From Bacillales bacterium (lineage in GTDB: Bacteria; Bacillota_I; Bacilli_A; RF39; UBA660), in the NCBI GenBank assembly GCA_016288795.1, contig JAEELI010000007.1, forward strand, positions 71,206 to 135,205: a DNA stretch of 64,000 bases, given 5' to 3'. A model generated the notes under the pieces. The model saw only the letters and a list, made by a program, of their open reading frames with translations. It was not told the DNA's origin and did no database searches. Shown one piece after another: positions 9,790-19,593 of this stretch. Every line of letters begins with the position of its first letter. Within the stretch, counting starts at the first letter, position 1. Made by a program: the position numbers and the translations under genes.

Positions 9790-9955
9790 TTTTCCTTTCC
9801 ATAAAAATAAGAAGGTGGTCCAAAGGGCGAATATATCCGCGGTACCACCTTCTTTTATTACTTTAAACTTTAACGCATTTCTGCTTTTATACTATTCAAG
9901 CAACCAATATATTCTAGTTTATTAGTTTCCACCAACCACTAACTCTCTTTTAAAC
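9790..9955 (-). promoter_or_regulatory. T-box leader (Val) upstream of valS
   Basis: Minus strand shows AGAGAGTTAGTGG stem I, a candidate specifier GUU followed by G (..ATATTGGTTGCTTG..) and the T-box core AAGGTGGTACCGCGG (9837-9851). The terminator is GAAGGTGGT..ACCACCTTC followed by a T-run. Confidence 0.8.
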
Positions 9956-10028
9956 ATCAAATATATACCTCTTGAGGTCTTTGTATAAATCGTTGTTATT
10001 TTATCAAATAATAATAAATAATTCAACT

Positions 10029-10946
10029 CTAATTAATTATATTAACTACTTCATTATTAACTACTATTTCTAATTTTTCTTCATTCATTCTAATTGTTGT
10101 GCTATCGTCTATATTATTTATATCTACAGAAGACACATAATCGTAATCTTTTGCAGCATATACATACATATTAGTATCAGTAAGTATTGCTAAATAAGAA
10201 CGAACACCAACAACTTTATTAATCTTATAATTCGTAAATGCTGGATTATTTTCATAATCAAATACTTTGTATTGATCTCCTTCTTTGATTGCTACATAGT
10301 AGTCATTAAAATCAACAATTGGATTTTCAAATTTACTTGTTATAACTGAACCACTATCATCTACAACATACCAACCATCTTCTTTTTTTACTATAAACTT
10401 ATTAGTTATTAATTCTCCTTTTTCATTAAACTCATTTTTTAAACCAATGAAATCATACTCAAAAGGAATATGTGAGGCTAAAACATCTTTTATACTTAAA
10501 ACTCCCCATTTATCATTTTCATTTTGAACTATAACATAACCAGACTCTAACTTAGTCCCATAATATTTAATATTTTTGTATTCAGTTAATGGCTTAGTTG
10601 AATCAGCTTTAACAGCATACAACATTTGCTTATCACCATCAGTGATAAATGTAAAACTAGAGTTATTATAATCTAAAAGTTCTTTTCCATCTTTATAGTA
10701 ATGAATACCATATTCTTCATCATCTATAATACCTTTAGCTATTCCACATTCTTTTGTTAAACAAGTATATTTACATATTAGTTTATCATTCTTGTCATAG
10801 AACCAAAGCTTCCCTTGGAAATTAAATTTCTTTTCTAAGTTATCACTTTTCTTAGGAACTTTTACTATAGCTCCATATATGGAAGCCGGTAGGAAAAAGC
10901 ATAAGAGAACTATTATCACTACTAGAACTATCTTCTTATTCTTCAT
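10029..10946 (-). CDS. membrane-anchored WG/KWG-repeat protein (small)
   Basis: N-terminal TM segment, then WG-type beta-repeats (DKWGVLSIKD, DGWYVVDDSG). The start overlaps the upstream gene by 11 nt. Confidence 0.75.
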   Translation of the reverse strand: MKNKKIVLVVIIVLLCFFLPASIYGAIVKVPKKSDNLEKKFNFQGKLWFYDKNDKLICKYTCLTKECGIAKGIIDDEEYGIHYYKDGKELLDYNNSSFTFITDGDKQMLYAVKADSTKPLTEYKNIKYYGTKLESGYVIVQNENDKWGVLSIKDVLASHIPFEYDFIGLKNEFNEKGELITNKFIVKKEDGWYVVDDSGSVITSKFENPIVDFNDYYVAIKEGDQYKVFDYENNPAFTNYKINKVVGVRSYLAILTDTNMYVYAAKDYDYVSSVDINNIDDSTTIRMNEEKLEIVVNNEVVNIIN

Positions 10947-12855
10947 TATTTATAGATCCCCTTACTTTTCCGTTAAAATCATAATCATATACTTGACCTT
11001 TAATAGTTATTTTAAAACCATTTGTTAAATCCAATTCATATTCATTATTACTTACTTCTAAATCGCTTTCTAATTTACCTAAAGTATCTGTATAACTATA
11101 AATATTCAATTTATTATTATTAATTCCTACATAATATTTATCATATAGTTTAACATAACTAAATTCATTACTTATTCTATTAAATGATTGATCATAAATA
11201 ATATAAGTCTTATCTTTTTTAATGCCTAAATAATATGAATTATATTTAGTTATAGACTCAAATTCAAATTTTACCTTACCAGTAACTTTAGAACTATCTA
11301 TAGTAATTACACCATAATTACCTTTATTAGCTCCAGCTGCTGTTTTTACTATGAAGTATGATGAACTAGTATAAACTTGTTTAATTGTATCAGATAATTC
11401 ACTAGAATTTACTATTTCTATATCTGAATAAGTTCCTTTAACTTTCTTTTCTTTAATGCTATATAAATAATATAAACCATCACTAGCACTCATATTATCA
11501 TATACAAATACATATTCATTATTGTAAATACCAGAGTATAATTCTTTTTTACTATATATAGTGCAATTAACTAAAGGACTAGTTGCGCTTGTAATAGTGT
11601 TTTTATTATTACATTTATATGTTCCAATTAATTCATCTTTTTCTATATCATTATAGAAGTATAAAACTCCATCATAATAACTCATATATGCATATAATGA
11701 ATTTACTCCTGCTTCAAGCATATTGAATGTTTTAGTATCTGTTCCAACTGTAACTGCAGCCACATTATCTTTTACGACTACATCATATGCCTTCTTAGTT
11801 TCTAATAATTTATTATTATCGTCATACACATATTTTTTTACATAATCACTATTTTCTAATCTTATACCATCTTGATTTACTTTATTTAGTTTATCATCTA
11901 GTATATATAAACGATTACCTTTAACTAAGCATACTGCTCCATCTACTAAACTAATATAATCATAATCACTAACTAATTCTTCATAATTATAATCATATAG
12001 ACTATAACTATTATTTTTTAACCCAACGATATATTTGCTATTAGCACTCATTATTGTAGTTGTAATGTTTTTGGTTAGTGATTTACCAGTGCTATCTATA
12101 ACATAGAAACTATCTTTATCTTGAGCCACTAAATATACTAAAGAAGCATTAACAATACCTAAGTAATCATAGCTAGGGCGAATTAAATAATTAAATTCAG
12201 TGGAATCTATATCTATTAATCCATATTTATTATTTTCATCAATAATAACTACTAAATCTTTTTCGGTATTATAAATTTTGATTCCTTTAACTTTTAATAC
12301 CTTTTCTTTTTCTTTTATATCATATAGATTTATTTCTCCATTATCTTCAACAAATACAAATCTATCACTGAATATTGGTGATGCCTTAGGAATTTCTTCG
12401 CCAGTTGCTCTAACGCTTATAACTCTTTCAAACTTATCATCACTATAATCTGGATCTTTAACTAAGCACTTTTCAGCATTCTCAACTGAACATTTATATC
12501 TTCCTATTTCTTTATCACTTTTATCTAGAAATACTAAAGAACCATTTTCATAACGATAATTATCTTTGACAATAATTACATCTTCTTTTGGAATAGGTTT
12601 TTCTTCTTTTTTATTAAAGAATACAAAGAATATAATAATTCCAATTATTAATAATAATACTAAAGAACAAACAATAATAATTGTTCTTTTCTTTTTCTTA
12701 GACAATTCATCCCATTTATCCTTAAGGCTTTTTTTCTTTTTCTTAGGTTTTACATCTCTTTTTTCTAATAATTCAGATTGATTACTAGAAGAAATTTCGG
12801 GAGATATATCACTACTAATATCTATTATTTCATTATTATCATTATAATCATTCAT
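10936..12855 (-). CDS. single-pass membrane protein with an acidic/Lys-rich cytoplasmic head and an extracellular WG-like repeat domain (large)
   Basis: 639 aa with TM segment TIIIVCSLVLLLIIGIIIFFVFF. Repeats of the type NNKYGLIDIDS..YDYLG follow. A Y-x-C...C motif recurs (GRYKCSVENAEKC, GTYKCNNKN..VNC). Confidence 0.75.
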   Translation of the reverse strand: MNDYNDNNEIIDISSDISPEISSSNQSELLEKRDVKPKKKKKSLKDKWDELSKKKKRTIIIVCSLVLLLIIGIIIFFVFFNKKEEKPIPKEDVIIVKDNYRYENGSLVFLDKSDKEIGRYKCSVENAEKCLVKDPDYSDDKFERVISVRATGEEIPKASPIFSDRFVFVEDNGEINLYDIKEKEKVLKVKGIKIYNTEKDLVVIIDENNKYGLIDIDSTEFNYLIRPSYDYLGIVNASLVYLVAQDKDSFYVIDSTGKSLTKNITTTIMSANSKYIVGLKNNSYSLYDYNYEELVSDYDYISLVDGAVCLVKGNRLYILDDKLNKVNQDGIRLENSDYVKKYVYDDNNKLLETKKAYDVVVKDNVAAVTVGTDTKTFNMLEAGVNSLYAYMSYYDGVLYFYNDIEKDELIGTYKCNNKNTITSATSPLVNCTIYSKKELYSGIYNNEYVFVYDNMSASDGLYYLYSIKEKKVKGTYSDIEIVNSSELSDTIKQVYTSSSYFIVKTAAGANKGNYGVITIDSSKVTGKVKFEFESITKYNSYYLGIKKDKTYIIYDQSFNRISNEFSYVKLYDKYYVGINNNKLNIYSYTDTLGKLESDLEVSNNEYELDLTNGFKITIKGQVYDYDFNGKVRGSINNEE

Positions 12856-12911
12856 AACAATTCTCCTTATTTTTCATTATGATTATAACACAAATGTTTT
12901 TTAATTTAAAT

Positions 12912-12938
12912 AAAAAGAAGAAAATTAATTTTCTTCTT
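12912..12938 (-). terminator. terminator after xseB
   Basis: Minus strand reads AAGAAGAAAAT-TAAT-TTTCTTCTT followed by TTTTAT. It overlaps the xseB stop codon. Confidence 0.6.
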
Positions 12939-13149
12939 GAACATCAAATTCCTTTAATTCGCCATTTTCTTTTAATATTTTATTCACCTTAGCAGTAGCG
13001 TTATTTAATTTATCACTACAATTTTTAGCTATTTCCATTGCTTCAGTATATTTTTTTATTGCTTCTTCAAGTGGAACTTGACCACTTTCAAGTTCCTTAA
13101 CTAGATTTTCTAATTCTTTTAAGTTTTCTTCAAAAGTTCTTTCTTTCAT
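12925..13149 (-). CDS. xseB: exodeoxyribonuclease VII small subunit
   Basis: 74-aa helical protein (FEENLKELENLVKELESGQVPLEEAIKKYTEAMEI). It lies immediately after xseA, sharing one nucleotide at the junction. Confidence 0.9.
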   Translation of the reverse strand: MKERTFEENLKELENLVKELESGQVPLEEAIKKYTEAMEIAKNCSDKLNNATAKVNKILKENGELKEFDVQEEN

Positions 13150-14480
13150 TATTTTACCTCCTCTACTCTTGCTTTAACTTCTCCTTTATGAAATTTAATA
13201 CTAAGTATATCATTAACTTTTAATCCCTTACTACTTTTTAGGACTTTATTATTCTTTTCAACTAAGCTATAGCCACTACTCAAAATATTAAGAGGATTAA
13301 CTATTTTTAATGTTCCAATAATATTATCCAAATAGTTTGTTTCTTTTATTATTCTTTTATCAATAATATTATTAATATTAAGAACTATCTCTTTTAGCTT
13401 ATTGTTACAACTTATTATTAATCTTTCTGGATTAATTAATTTAACTTCATTAATTTTTTTATCCATTGCACTTTTCTTATCAACTAATATGCTTTGAATA
13501 TTATAATTTAAATTATCTATTAATTTGTCTAATTTTTGTTCTTTTATTTCATATAAACTCATTGGATTTTTTAAAACAAATGAATTCTTTAAATTGTGCC
13601 ATAAAATAAACTTATTGTTAACTATAGTTTTAATATCATTATCTAATCTTAAATGATACTGATTTAATAATTTATTTATATCATGAACTGTAGGAACAGC
13701 CATTTCAGCTGCTCCCGTTGGAGTTGGAGCCCTAAGATCGGCAACAAAATCAGATATTGTTACATCTGGTTCATGACCAACAGCACTTATTATAGGAGTT
13801 TTAGCTTTATATATAGCTCTAGCCACTATTTCTTCATTAAAAGCCCATAAATCTTCTATTGAGCCTCCACCACGGCCTACAATTAAAGTGTCGCAGTTAT
13901 ATGTATCAGCAACTTCTATTTGCTTGACTATGTTAGGAGCAGCTTCTGCACCTTGAACTAAAGTTGGAAATAAAATCACTTCACATAAAGGAAACCTTCT
14001 TTTAATAGTGCTCATAATATCTTTAACCGCTGCTCCCGTTGAGGCTGTTATTACTCCTATCCTTTCTGGGAACTTTGGTATTTCTTTTTTATGTTCTTTA
14101 TTAAATAAACCTTCTTTAAATAGTTTTTCCTTTAATTTTTCAAATTCTATATATAGATTTCCTAGGCCATCTAATTCCATACTATCTACATATATTTGAT
14201 AACTACCACTGGCAGGATAGGCAGACACTCTTCCAGTAACTAAAACATTCATACCGTCTTCAGGAATAAAAGAAAGCGAGGTTGCTCTACTTTGAAACAT
14301 CACGGCATTTATCCTTGAAAATTCATCTTTCAAAGTAAAGTATAAATGCCCACGGGTATGATTCTTAAAATTAGATATTTCTCCCTTTAAATATACTTTA
14401 TTTAAGTAGGCATTATTATCCAAAATATCTTTAATATAATTATTAATTTCTGTAACATTTAAATATTCGTTATTAATCAT
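13149..14480 (-). CDS. xseA: exodeoxyribonuclease VII large subunit
   Basis: 443 aa with an N-terminal OB-fold (VYLKGEISNFKNHTRGHLYFTLKD) and the ExoVII_L core (GVITASTGAAVKD, VGRGGGSIEDLWAFN). Confidence 0.93.
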   Translation of the reverse strand: MINNEYLNVTEINNYIKDILDNNAYLNKVYLKGEISNFKNHTRGHLYFTLKDEFSRINAVMFQSRATSLSFIPEDGMNVLVTGRVSAYPASGSYQIYVDSMELDGLGNLYIEFEKLKEKLFKEGLFNKEHKKEIPKFPERIGVITASTGAAVKDIMSTIKRRFPLCEVILFPTLVQGAEAAPNIVKQIEVADTYNCDTLIVGRGGGSIEDLWAFNEEIVARAIYKAKTPIISAVGHEPDVTISDFVADLRAPTPTGAAEMAVPTVHDINKLLNQYHLRLDNDIKTIVNNKFILWHNLKNSFVLKNPMSLYEIKEQKLDKLIDNLNYNIQSILVDKKSAMDKKINEVKLINPERLIISCNNKLKEIVLNINNIIDKRIIKETNYLDNIIGTLKIVNPLNILSSGYSLVEKNNKVLKSSKGLKVNDILSIKFHKGEVKARVEEVK

Positions 14481-15322
14481 GCTAAACCTCGACTAGAAAC
14501 TAAATCATTCATCATATTATAATTTTCCAAATATAGATCAATATATTTATGTTTTTCCTTTATAACGACTCCGTATTGTTTTTCAATTTGATTAAAAGTT
14601 TCAATAACTAAACCTGGAGTTAGTATTTCAAACATTTCTTTAAACATATCGACAAACTCAGGACTAGATGTTTTTAAAAAGTTATCTAAATTTTGTAGGT
14701 TTAATTCCAAAATACTATGATTAAAGCCAAAGTGATCTATCTTTTCATCTAGAAAAGAGTTTTTTAAAGCGGTTCCATAAACATTAAATGATGTTTCGTT
14801 GTCTAGTATGATAACATCTTCAAAAACTGAGGGAATCTCTTTCCTTTTTTTAAAAGTTAATCCCCAGTTATCATCATGTCTATCACAATTTAATATAAAC
14901 AAATCAAATATAAATATTCTAGTTAATTTATTCATTATTGTTTGAATTTCTTGAGGACTTAAACCATCAATAAACACATGATAGTTTTGAAGTTTTTCTA
15001 ATCTCTTTTCTTCTTTAGGTAAATCTTCCAAACTTATCCAAGTATCATATAAACTGTCCGAATCGAAACACACTACTGAAGCAGGAACATAATTAGAATT
15101 GTTATTAATATCCTCGGAAATATAATAAAGATAATCATTAATTTCTATTGGTTCATAATTAACACAATTAATACCAACTTTATCGGCAAGAATCTTACAT
15201 ACAAGCTCAATAAACTCGCCATTTTCATTTGGCTTTATAAAATAAACTAAACCATCTTTTTCTATTCTTGATATTCTATTTTTTAAAATATACTTTTTTT
15301 CTTCTTCAGTTAGATTAATCAT
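14477..15322 (-). CDS. atypical kinase-fold protein (PI3/PI4-kinase- or HipA-like catalytic loop)
   Basis: Contains FILNCDRHDDNWGL (DRHxDN catalytic-loop signature) followed by VIILDNETSF (DFG-like). Its ATG overlaps the nusB TGA (TGATG) and its TGA overlaps the xseA ATG (ATGA). Confidence 0.5.
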   Translation of the reverse strand: MINLTEEEKKYILKNRISRIEKDGLVYFIKPNENGEFIELVCKILADKVGINCVNYEPIEINDYLYYISEDINNNSNYVPASVVCFDSDSLYDTWISLEDLPKEEKRLEKLQNYHVFIDGLSPQEIQTIMNKLTRIFIFDLFILNCDRHDDNWGLTFKKRKEIPSVFEDVIILDNETSFNVYGTALKNSFLDEKIDHFGFNHSILELNLQNLDNFLKTSSPEFVDMFKEMFEILTPGLVIETFNQIEKQYGVVIKEKHKYIDLYLENYNMMNDLVSSRGLA

Positions 15323-15717
15323 CACTTACCTCTTATATATTTATCTAAAACAGCATTAATAATCTTTCTAACACTATCATCACTATATTTTTTAGCTAGT
15401 TCAACTGCTTCATTAATTACTACTATATCTGGAGTATCAGTATATTCTAATTCAAATATGGCAATTCTTAAAATTGCTTTACCTGTCTTATCAATTCTAT
15501 CTATAGTCCAATCTGTCATATATTTATTAGCAATTTCATCAATCTCAACTTGATGAGTGACAACACCATAAACTATGTCACGCAAAAAATCATTATCTAT
15601 TTCTACATTATCTTTGATTATTTCATCAATAGAAACAGGATTTTGATTCTTATATAAATCCCATTGATATAAAATAATCATACATTTTTCTCTTAATTCA
15701 CTTCTAGTTTTTGCCAT
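15322..15717 (-). CDS. nusB: transcription antitermination factor NusB
   Basis: MAKTRSELREKCMIILYQ..., RIDKTGKAILRIAIFEL. The start is taken at the ATG preceded by GGTGA; the ORF track extends it by 5 codons. Confidence 0.9.
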   Translation of the reverse strand: MAKTRSELREKCMIILYQWDLYKNQNPVSIDEIIKDNVEIDNDFLRDIVYGVVTHQVEIDEIANKYMTDWTIDRIDKTGKAILRIAIFELEYTDTPDIVVINEAVELAKKYSDDSVRKIINAVLDKYIRGK

Positions 15718-15778
15718 ATTCATCACCGACATATTAATTATATCAAAAACTGATTTAAAAAAAAATACTGATAATCAA

Positions 15779-17839
15779 TTAATCAGTATTTTCTTCTGAA
15801 GTTTCAGTTGCCTCCCCTGTGGTTTCTTCATTATTAACTAATGAGTTCTCTATCTGTTGGGCTTCATATTCATCAATTTTGCCCTTTAAGTATTTAAAAT
15901 AATTACTCTTTATCGCTCTTTGGCTCATTTCAATTTGTAAAGCAATTTTATTATTTATTTCCTGTATTTCTTCAGCAGGCAACTCTTCTCCCTCATCAAA
16001 ATATTTTATTCTGCTAGTCGAAGCATTATAATAAACTTTTTCGTTTTTCCAAGAGCCGTCTGCAAACACAACTCTAGATTCATAATCTTCACTCAATAAA
16101 TCTGTTCCCATATATAATCTAGGATCATATTTTAAATTAACTAAGTTTGCTATGGTTGGTAAAGCATTAATATAGAATGTATATTCTAAATGTTCTTCTG
16201 GTTGCATTTGAGTATTGTATATAACAAATGGGGTTCTTTCAATTTCATAGTCATTTAAATCATAATCTATCATTTCTTTAATATATGATTTATTTAAACC
16301 ATATGGATAATGATCAGCCAATAAAACTATAACTGTATCATCTAAGACACCTCTTGCTCTTAAAGTATCAACTAAATATCCTAAAGCATCATCAACTACT
16401 TTTAATTTTGAAAAATATCTACTTACAGAATTTGAATAACCCTCTTTATGGAAAAAGTCTTTGTGTAAATCACCATAAGTTGAAGAATTTGAATATGGTT
16501 GATGAGATGTAACAGTAGTTAAAAATGTCATAAAAGGTTTATTGCTTTCTTCATTCAAAATAATATCTAACATTTTTTCGAAGAATTCTATATCACTAGG
16601 CCATTCACCGTAGTATGAAGCTGTCTTCATACCAAGCTCTTGCGCTCCATAGTATTTACCACTTCCCATATTTGGATGAATAGTATGTCTTCTATAATAC
16701 CAATCGACAAAGTCGTGAGCTGAAGTAGTTCTATAACCATTATCATTAAATATTCCAAAAATAGATTCAAAATAAGTATTATTCTTATAAACATTAGACG
16801 TACATGTATTATAAATTGAATATAAAGATGTTAAAGCACTAAATTCGTTATTACCAGTTGCACAACTATTACGAGGAGAATAACTGTTTTTCCAATGCCA
16901 TCCCTCATTATACATCTTTGTGAAATTAGGGAAATAGTCTTCATTAATCATTGAATCATTTACTGATTCTAAAAGTATAACTATTACATTCTTTCCTTCA
17001 AACATTCCAGTATAACTATTATAATCTGTAACTTTTTGACTAGCAAAATAATTATTTAAATTTGTCCATTTCTTATCAGTCTCATTCTTAGCAATCTCTC
17101 CCAATGCTGGAGACACTTTACTACTAACCACAACTGCTTGTCCTTGATCTTCATAATTAACTGTTGTTTGTTCATCTTCAACCGGGAAGATAAATGATTT
17201 AAAGTCTAATATGCCAAATACAGTTGCTCCAAACTGATTAACCGCAACTGTAGGAACATCCGGATTTATAAATAATTTTTTATTACTTTTAATTTGAAAT
17301 TCATTTTGCATAAATGGCACTGTTATAGTTTTATAATACAAATAACAACTTAAAACCAATAAAACCAAAAGTAAAACATGAGATAAAGATACATTAAACT
17401 TACGATAATCATGTTTTCTTATAATAAATATATAAATAATTAACCAACAAACTAAAGGAATACATACTAAGAAATAAATTAATTTGAATGATGCTAAATA
17501 ATCCCAAATGTAGTCTTTAACTGCTCCAAATTGACTTGAAGTATTAAATGACATATATACTCCTAAATAATTAATAAAACCTATTTGTAAAACAGCATAA
17601 ATCGTATAAAGTGCAATATAAAAAATTATTATCGTATTTTTAACCCATCTCTTTTTCGAAAGAAAACTTAGATAAGTAATAATTAGAGCTAAGATAAAAG
17701 TAGATAGAGCTATTCTTAAAGATGAATAACTAAATAAAGAAAAACCAGAAACAATTTTAAATAGCATTTCAATTAGAAATGTTGTTAACCAGCATAATAT
17801 AAGGTTTGTTGCAAATTTATCTTTAAATAGTTTTTTCAT
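15779..17839 (-). CDS. ltaS: lipoteichoic acid synthase family protein (LtaS-type sulfatase-fold, polytopic N-terminus)
   Basis: 686 aa with about 5 N-terminal TM helices and an extracellular alkaline-phosphatase/sulfatase domain (VIVILLESV, LADHYPYG). Confidence 0.85.
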   Translation of the reverse strand: MKKLFKDKFATNLILCWLTTFLIEMLFKIVSGFSLFSYSSLRIALSTFILALIITYLSFLSKKRWVKNTIIIFYIALYTIYAVLQIGFINYLGVYMSFNTSSQFGAVKDYIWDYLASFKLIYFLVCIPLVCWLIIYIFIIRKHDYRKFNVSLSHVLLLVLLVLSCYLYYKTITVPFMQNEFQIKSNKKLFINPDVPTVAVNQFGATVFGILDFKSFIFPVEDEQTTVNYEDQGQAVVVSSKVSPALGEIAKNETDKKWTNLNNYFASQKVTDYNSYTGMFEGKNVIVILLESVNDSMINEDYFPNFTKMYNEGWHWKNSYSPRNSCATGNNEFSALTSLYSIYNTCTSNVYKNNTYFESIFGIFNDNGYRTTSAHDFVDWYYRRHTIHPNMGSGKYYGAQELGMKTASYYGEWPSDIEFFEKMLDIILNEESNKPFMTFLTTVTSHQPYSNSSTYGDLHKDFFHKEGYSNSVSRYFSKLKVVDDALGYLVDTLRARGVLDDTVIVLLADHYPYGLNKSYIKEMIDYDLNDYEIERTPFVIYNTQMQPEEHLEYTFYINALPTIANLVNLKYDPRLYMGTDLLSEDYESRVVFADGSWKNEKVYYNASTSRIKYFDEGEELPAEEIQEINNKIALQIEMSQRAIKSNYFKYLKGKIDEYEAQQIENSLVNNEETTGEATETSEENTD

Positions 17840-18459
17840 TTGTTATTACTTCCCTTCAATAAATCACTTATTGGTTTAAACGTTTTTCGATATTCATCTA
17901 AAACACCATATTTTTTAACTAATTCAATATGCCTCTTGGTTGGATATCCTTTATGTTTTTCGATTTCATATTCGGGATGCTTTTTACCATATTCAACCAT
18001 CATTTTATCTCTAGTAACCTTGGCTATAACAGATGCTGCTGCTATTGATAAACTTAAAGCATCTCCGTGAATAATAGGCATCACCGGAACATCTCTTTCC
18101 AGTTTCATTGCATCACTTAAGATATAATCTGGCTTAGGTTTTAGCTCATCCAACGCTTGATTCATAGCAAGCCTAGATGCCTCAAGAATATTTATTTCAT
18201 CAATAATTTTAGGTGAAACTATTCCTATTCCTATGCTTACTGCATCTTTTTTAATAATATCGAAGAACATTTCTCTTTTTTTTTCACTTAATTTTTTAGA
18301 ATCATTTAATCCTTCTAAATTATAATTTGGAGGTAAAATCACAGCAGCCGCTACTACAGGACCAACTAATGGTCCTCTACCAACTTCATCAGTTCCCGCA
18401 ATTAAACTATAACCTTCCTCGTATAATTCTTTTTCATATTTTAATAAATCTAATTGCAT
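17836..18459 (-). CDS. rnhB: ribonuclease HII
   Basis: IAGTDEVGRGPLVGPVVAAAV and DSKKLS motifs. 207 aa. Confidence 0.93.
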   Translation of the reverse strand: MQLDLLKYEKELYEEGYSLIAGTDEVGRGPLVGPVVAAAVILPPNYNLEGLNDSKKLSEKKREMFFDIIKKDAVSIGIGIVSPKIIDEINILEASRLAMNQALDELKPKPDYILSDAMKLERDVPVMPIIHGDALSLSIAAASVIAKVTRDKMMVEYGKKHPEYEIEKHKGYPTKRHIELVKKYGVLDEYRKTFKPISDLLKGSNNK

Positions 18460-19301
18460 TTATCTAATGTAACTCCTCTAATCTTTCCACCAACTATATC
18501 ATTATACACCTTTTCTGATACTCTGTCATATAAAATTTCATTATTTTTAAATGCACCAATGTTTTTAGAGATAATTTCATACATTTCCATAGTATCTTTT
18601 GTCTCTATATTATATAACTCCTTTAATATTTTAGGGTATCTTTCTTTTAATATATTCAATATATGAATAGCTATTTCATCTAAGTTTAAGATATCTTTTT
18701 TTATACTACCAATTGCCGCGATATTTAAAGCCACTTCTTTTTCATCCAACTTAGGCCATAAAATACCCGGAGTATCTAATATAACAATACCCTCTTTAGT
18801 TTTTAAGTAATTAAGACTTTGAGTTACACCAGGTCTATTTTCTACTGTAGCAACTTTTTTACCAGCTAACTTATTTATTAAAGTTGATTTGCCAACATTA
18901 GGGACTCCTATAACTAAAGCTCGAATTTCTTTCTCTTTTAAACCCTTAGATGCTCTTTTCTTTTGAATATCTAAAGTTAACTCTTTAGTTTTATTTATAA
19001 TTTTTAAATAATCTTTATTATCTTTTAAATCAACTATTAAAACATTATAACCTTTACTTTCGTAATCCCTTTCCCATTTTTTAGTTTCTTTGATATCACA
19101 CAAATCTTTTTTTGTCATAATTAAAATTCTAATTTTATTCTTTATTAGATTATCTATATCTTTAATCTTACTTGAATATGGTATTCTGGCATCAATTAGT
19201 TCATAAATAATATCTATATTATTTAATTCATTACTTATTAATCTCTTAGCCTTAGCCATATGTCCAGGATACCAGTTTATATTAGTTTTATTTTCATTCA
19301 T
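18450..19301 (-). CDS. rbgA: ribosome biogenesis GTPase A (YlqF/RbgA, circularly permuted GTPase)
   Basis: WYPGHMAKA, then the permuted G motifs TKKD ... GVPNVGKST ... DTPG. The ATG at 19301 has an AAGGAG RBS. Confidence 0.92.
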   Translation of the reverse strand: MNENKTNINWYPGHMAKAKRLISNELNNIDIIYELIDARIPYSSKIKDIDNLIKNKIRILIMTKKDLCDIKETKKWERDYESKGYNVLIVDLKDNKDYLKIINKTKELTLDIQKKRASKGLKEKEIRALVIGVPNVGKSTLINKLAGKKVATVENRPGVTQSLNYLKTKEGIVILDTPGILWPKLDEKEVALNIAAIGSIKKDILNLDEIAIHILNILKERYPKILKELYNIETKDTMEMYEIISKNIGAFKNNEILYDRVSEKVYNDIVGGKIRGVTLDKCN

Positions 19302-19546
19302 TTGGACCAACTCCTTTTTTATATTCCAAGACTTTTTCTAGACCCTTATAATGTCCTTTATTCATTAACCCTTTATCTATAATATCTTTTATTTCATTCA
19401 TACTCATATAAGATATACTCTCAATCTCATCTTTTTGTAAAGATATATCATTCAAATCTATATTTTCTTAGATAACATCAATTCCCACATTCAACAACTC
19501 TACCAGTTTTATTAACCAAACTATCATATACGTCTAACAATTCCAT
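19295..19546 (-). pseudogene. remnant of a NUDIX hydrolase gene (internal deletion, Nudix box missing)
   Basis: An intact RBS and ATG give MELLDVYDSLVNKTGRVVECGN*, a typical NUDIX N-terminus. In another frame the C-terminal piece ENIDLNDISLQKDEIESISYMSMNEIKDIIDKGLMNKGHYKGLEKVLEYKKG follows. About 100 codons between the two are absent. Confidence 0.6.
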
Positions 19547-19593
19547 GGCATCACCTAATTCATATATTGTTCAATTAAATATATCAACAATTA

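Noticed and set aside
9786-9848. N-terminal extensions proposed by the ORF track: valS 9786..9848, lexA 30831..30875, frr 47593..47667, pilin-like 3 at 34061..34093, and several TTG/GTG starts
   Set aside because: The extensions run through T-box terminators, promoters or the upstream gene and lack an RBS. Internal ATGs with AGGAGG-like sites give N-termini matching the protein families.
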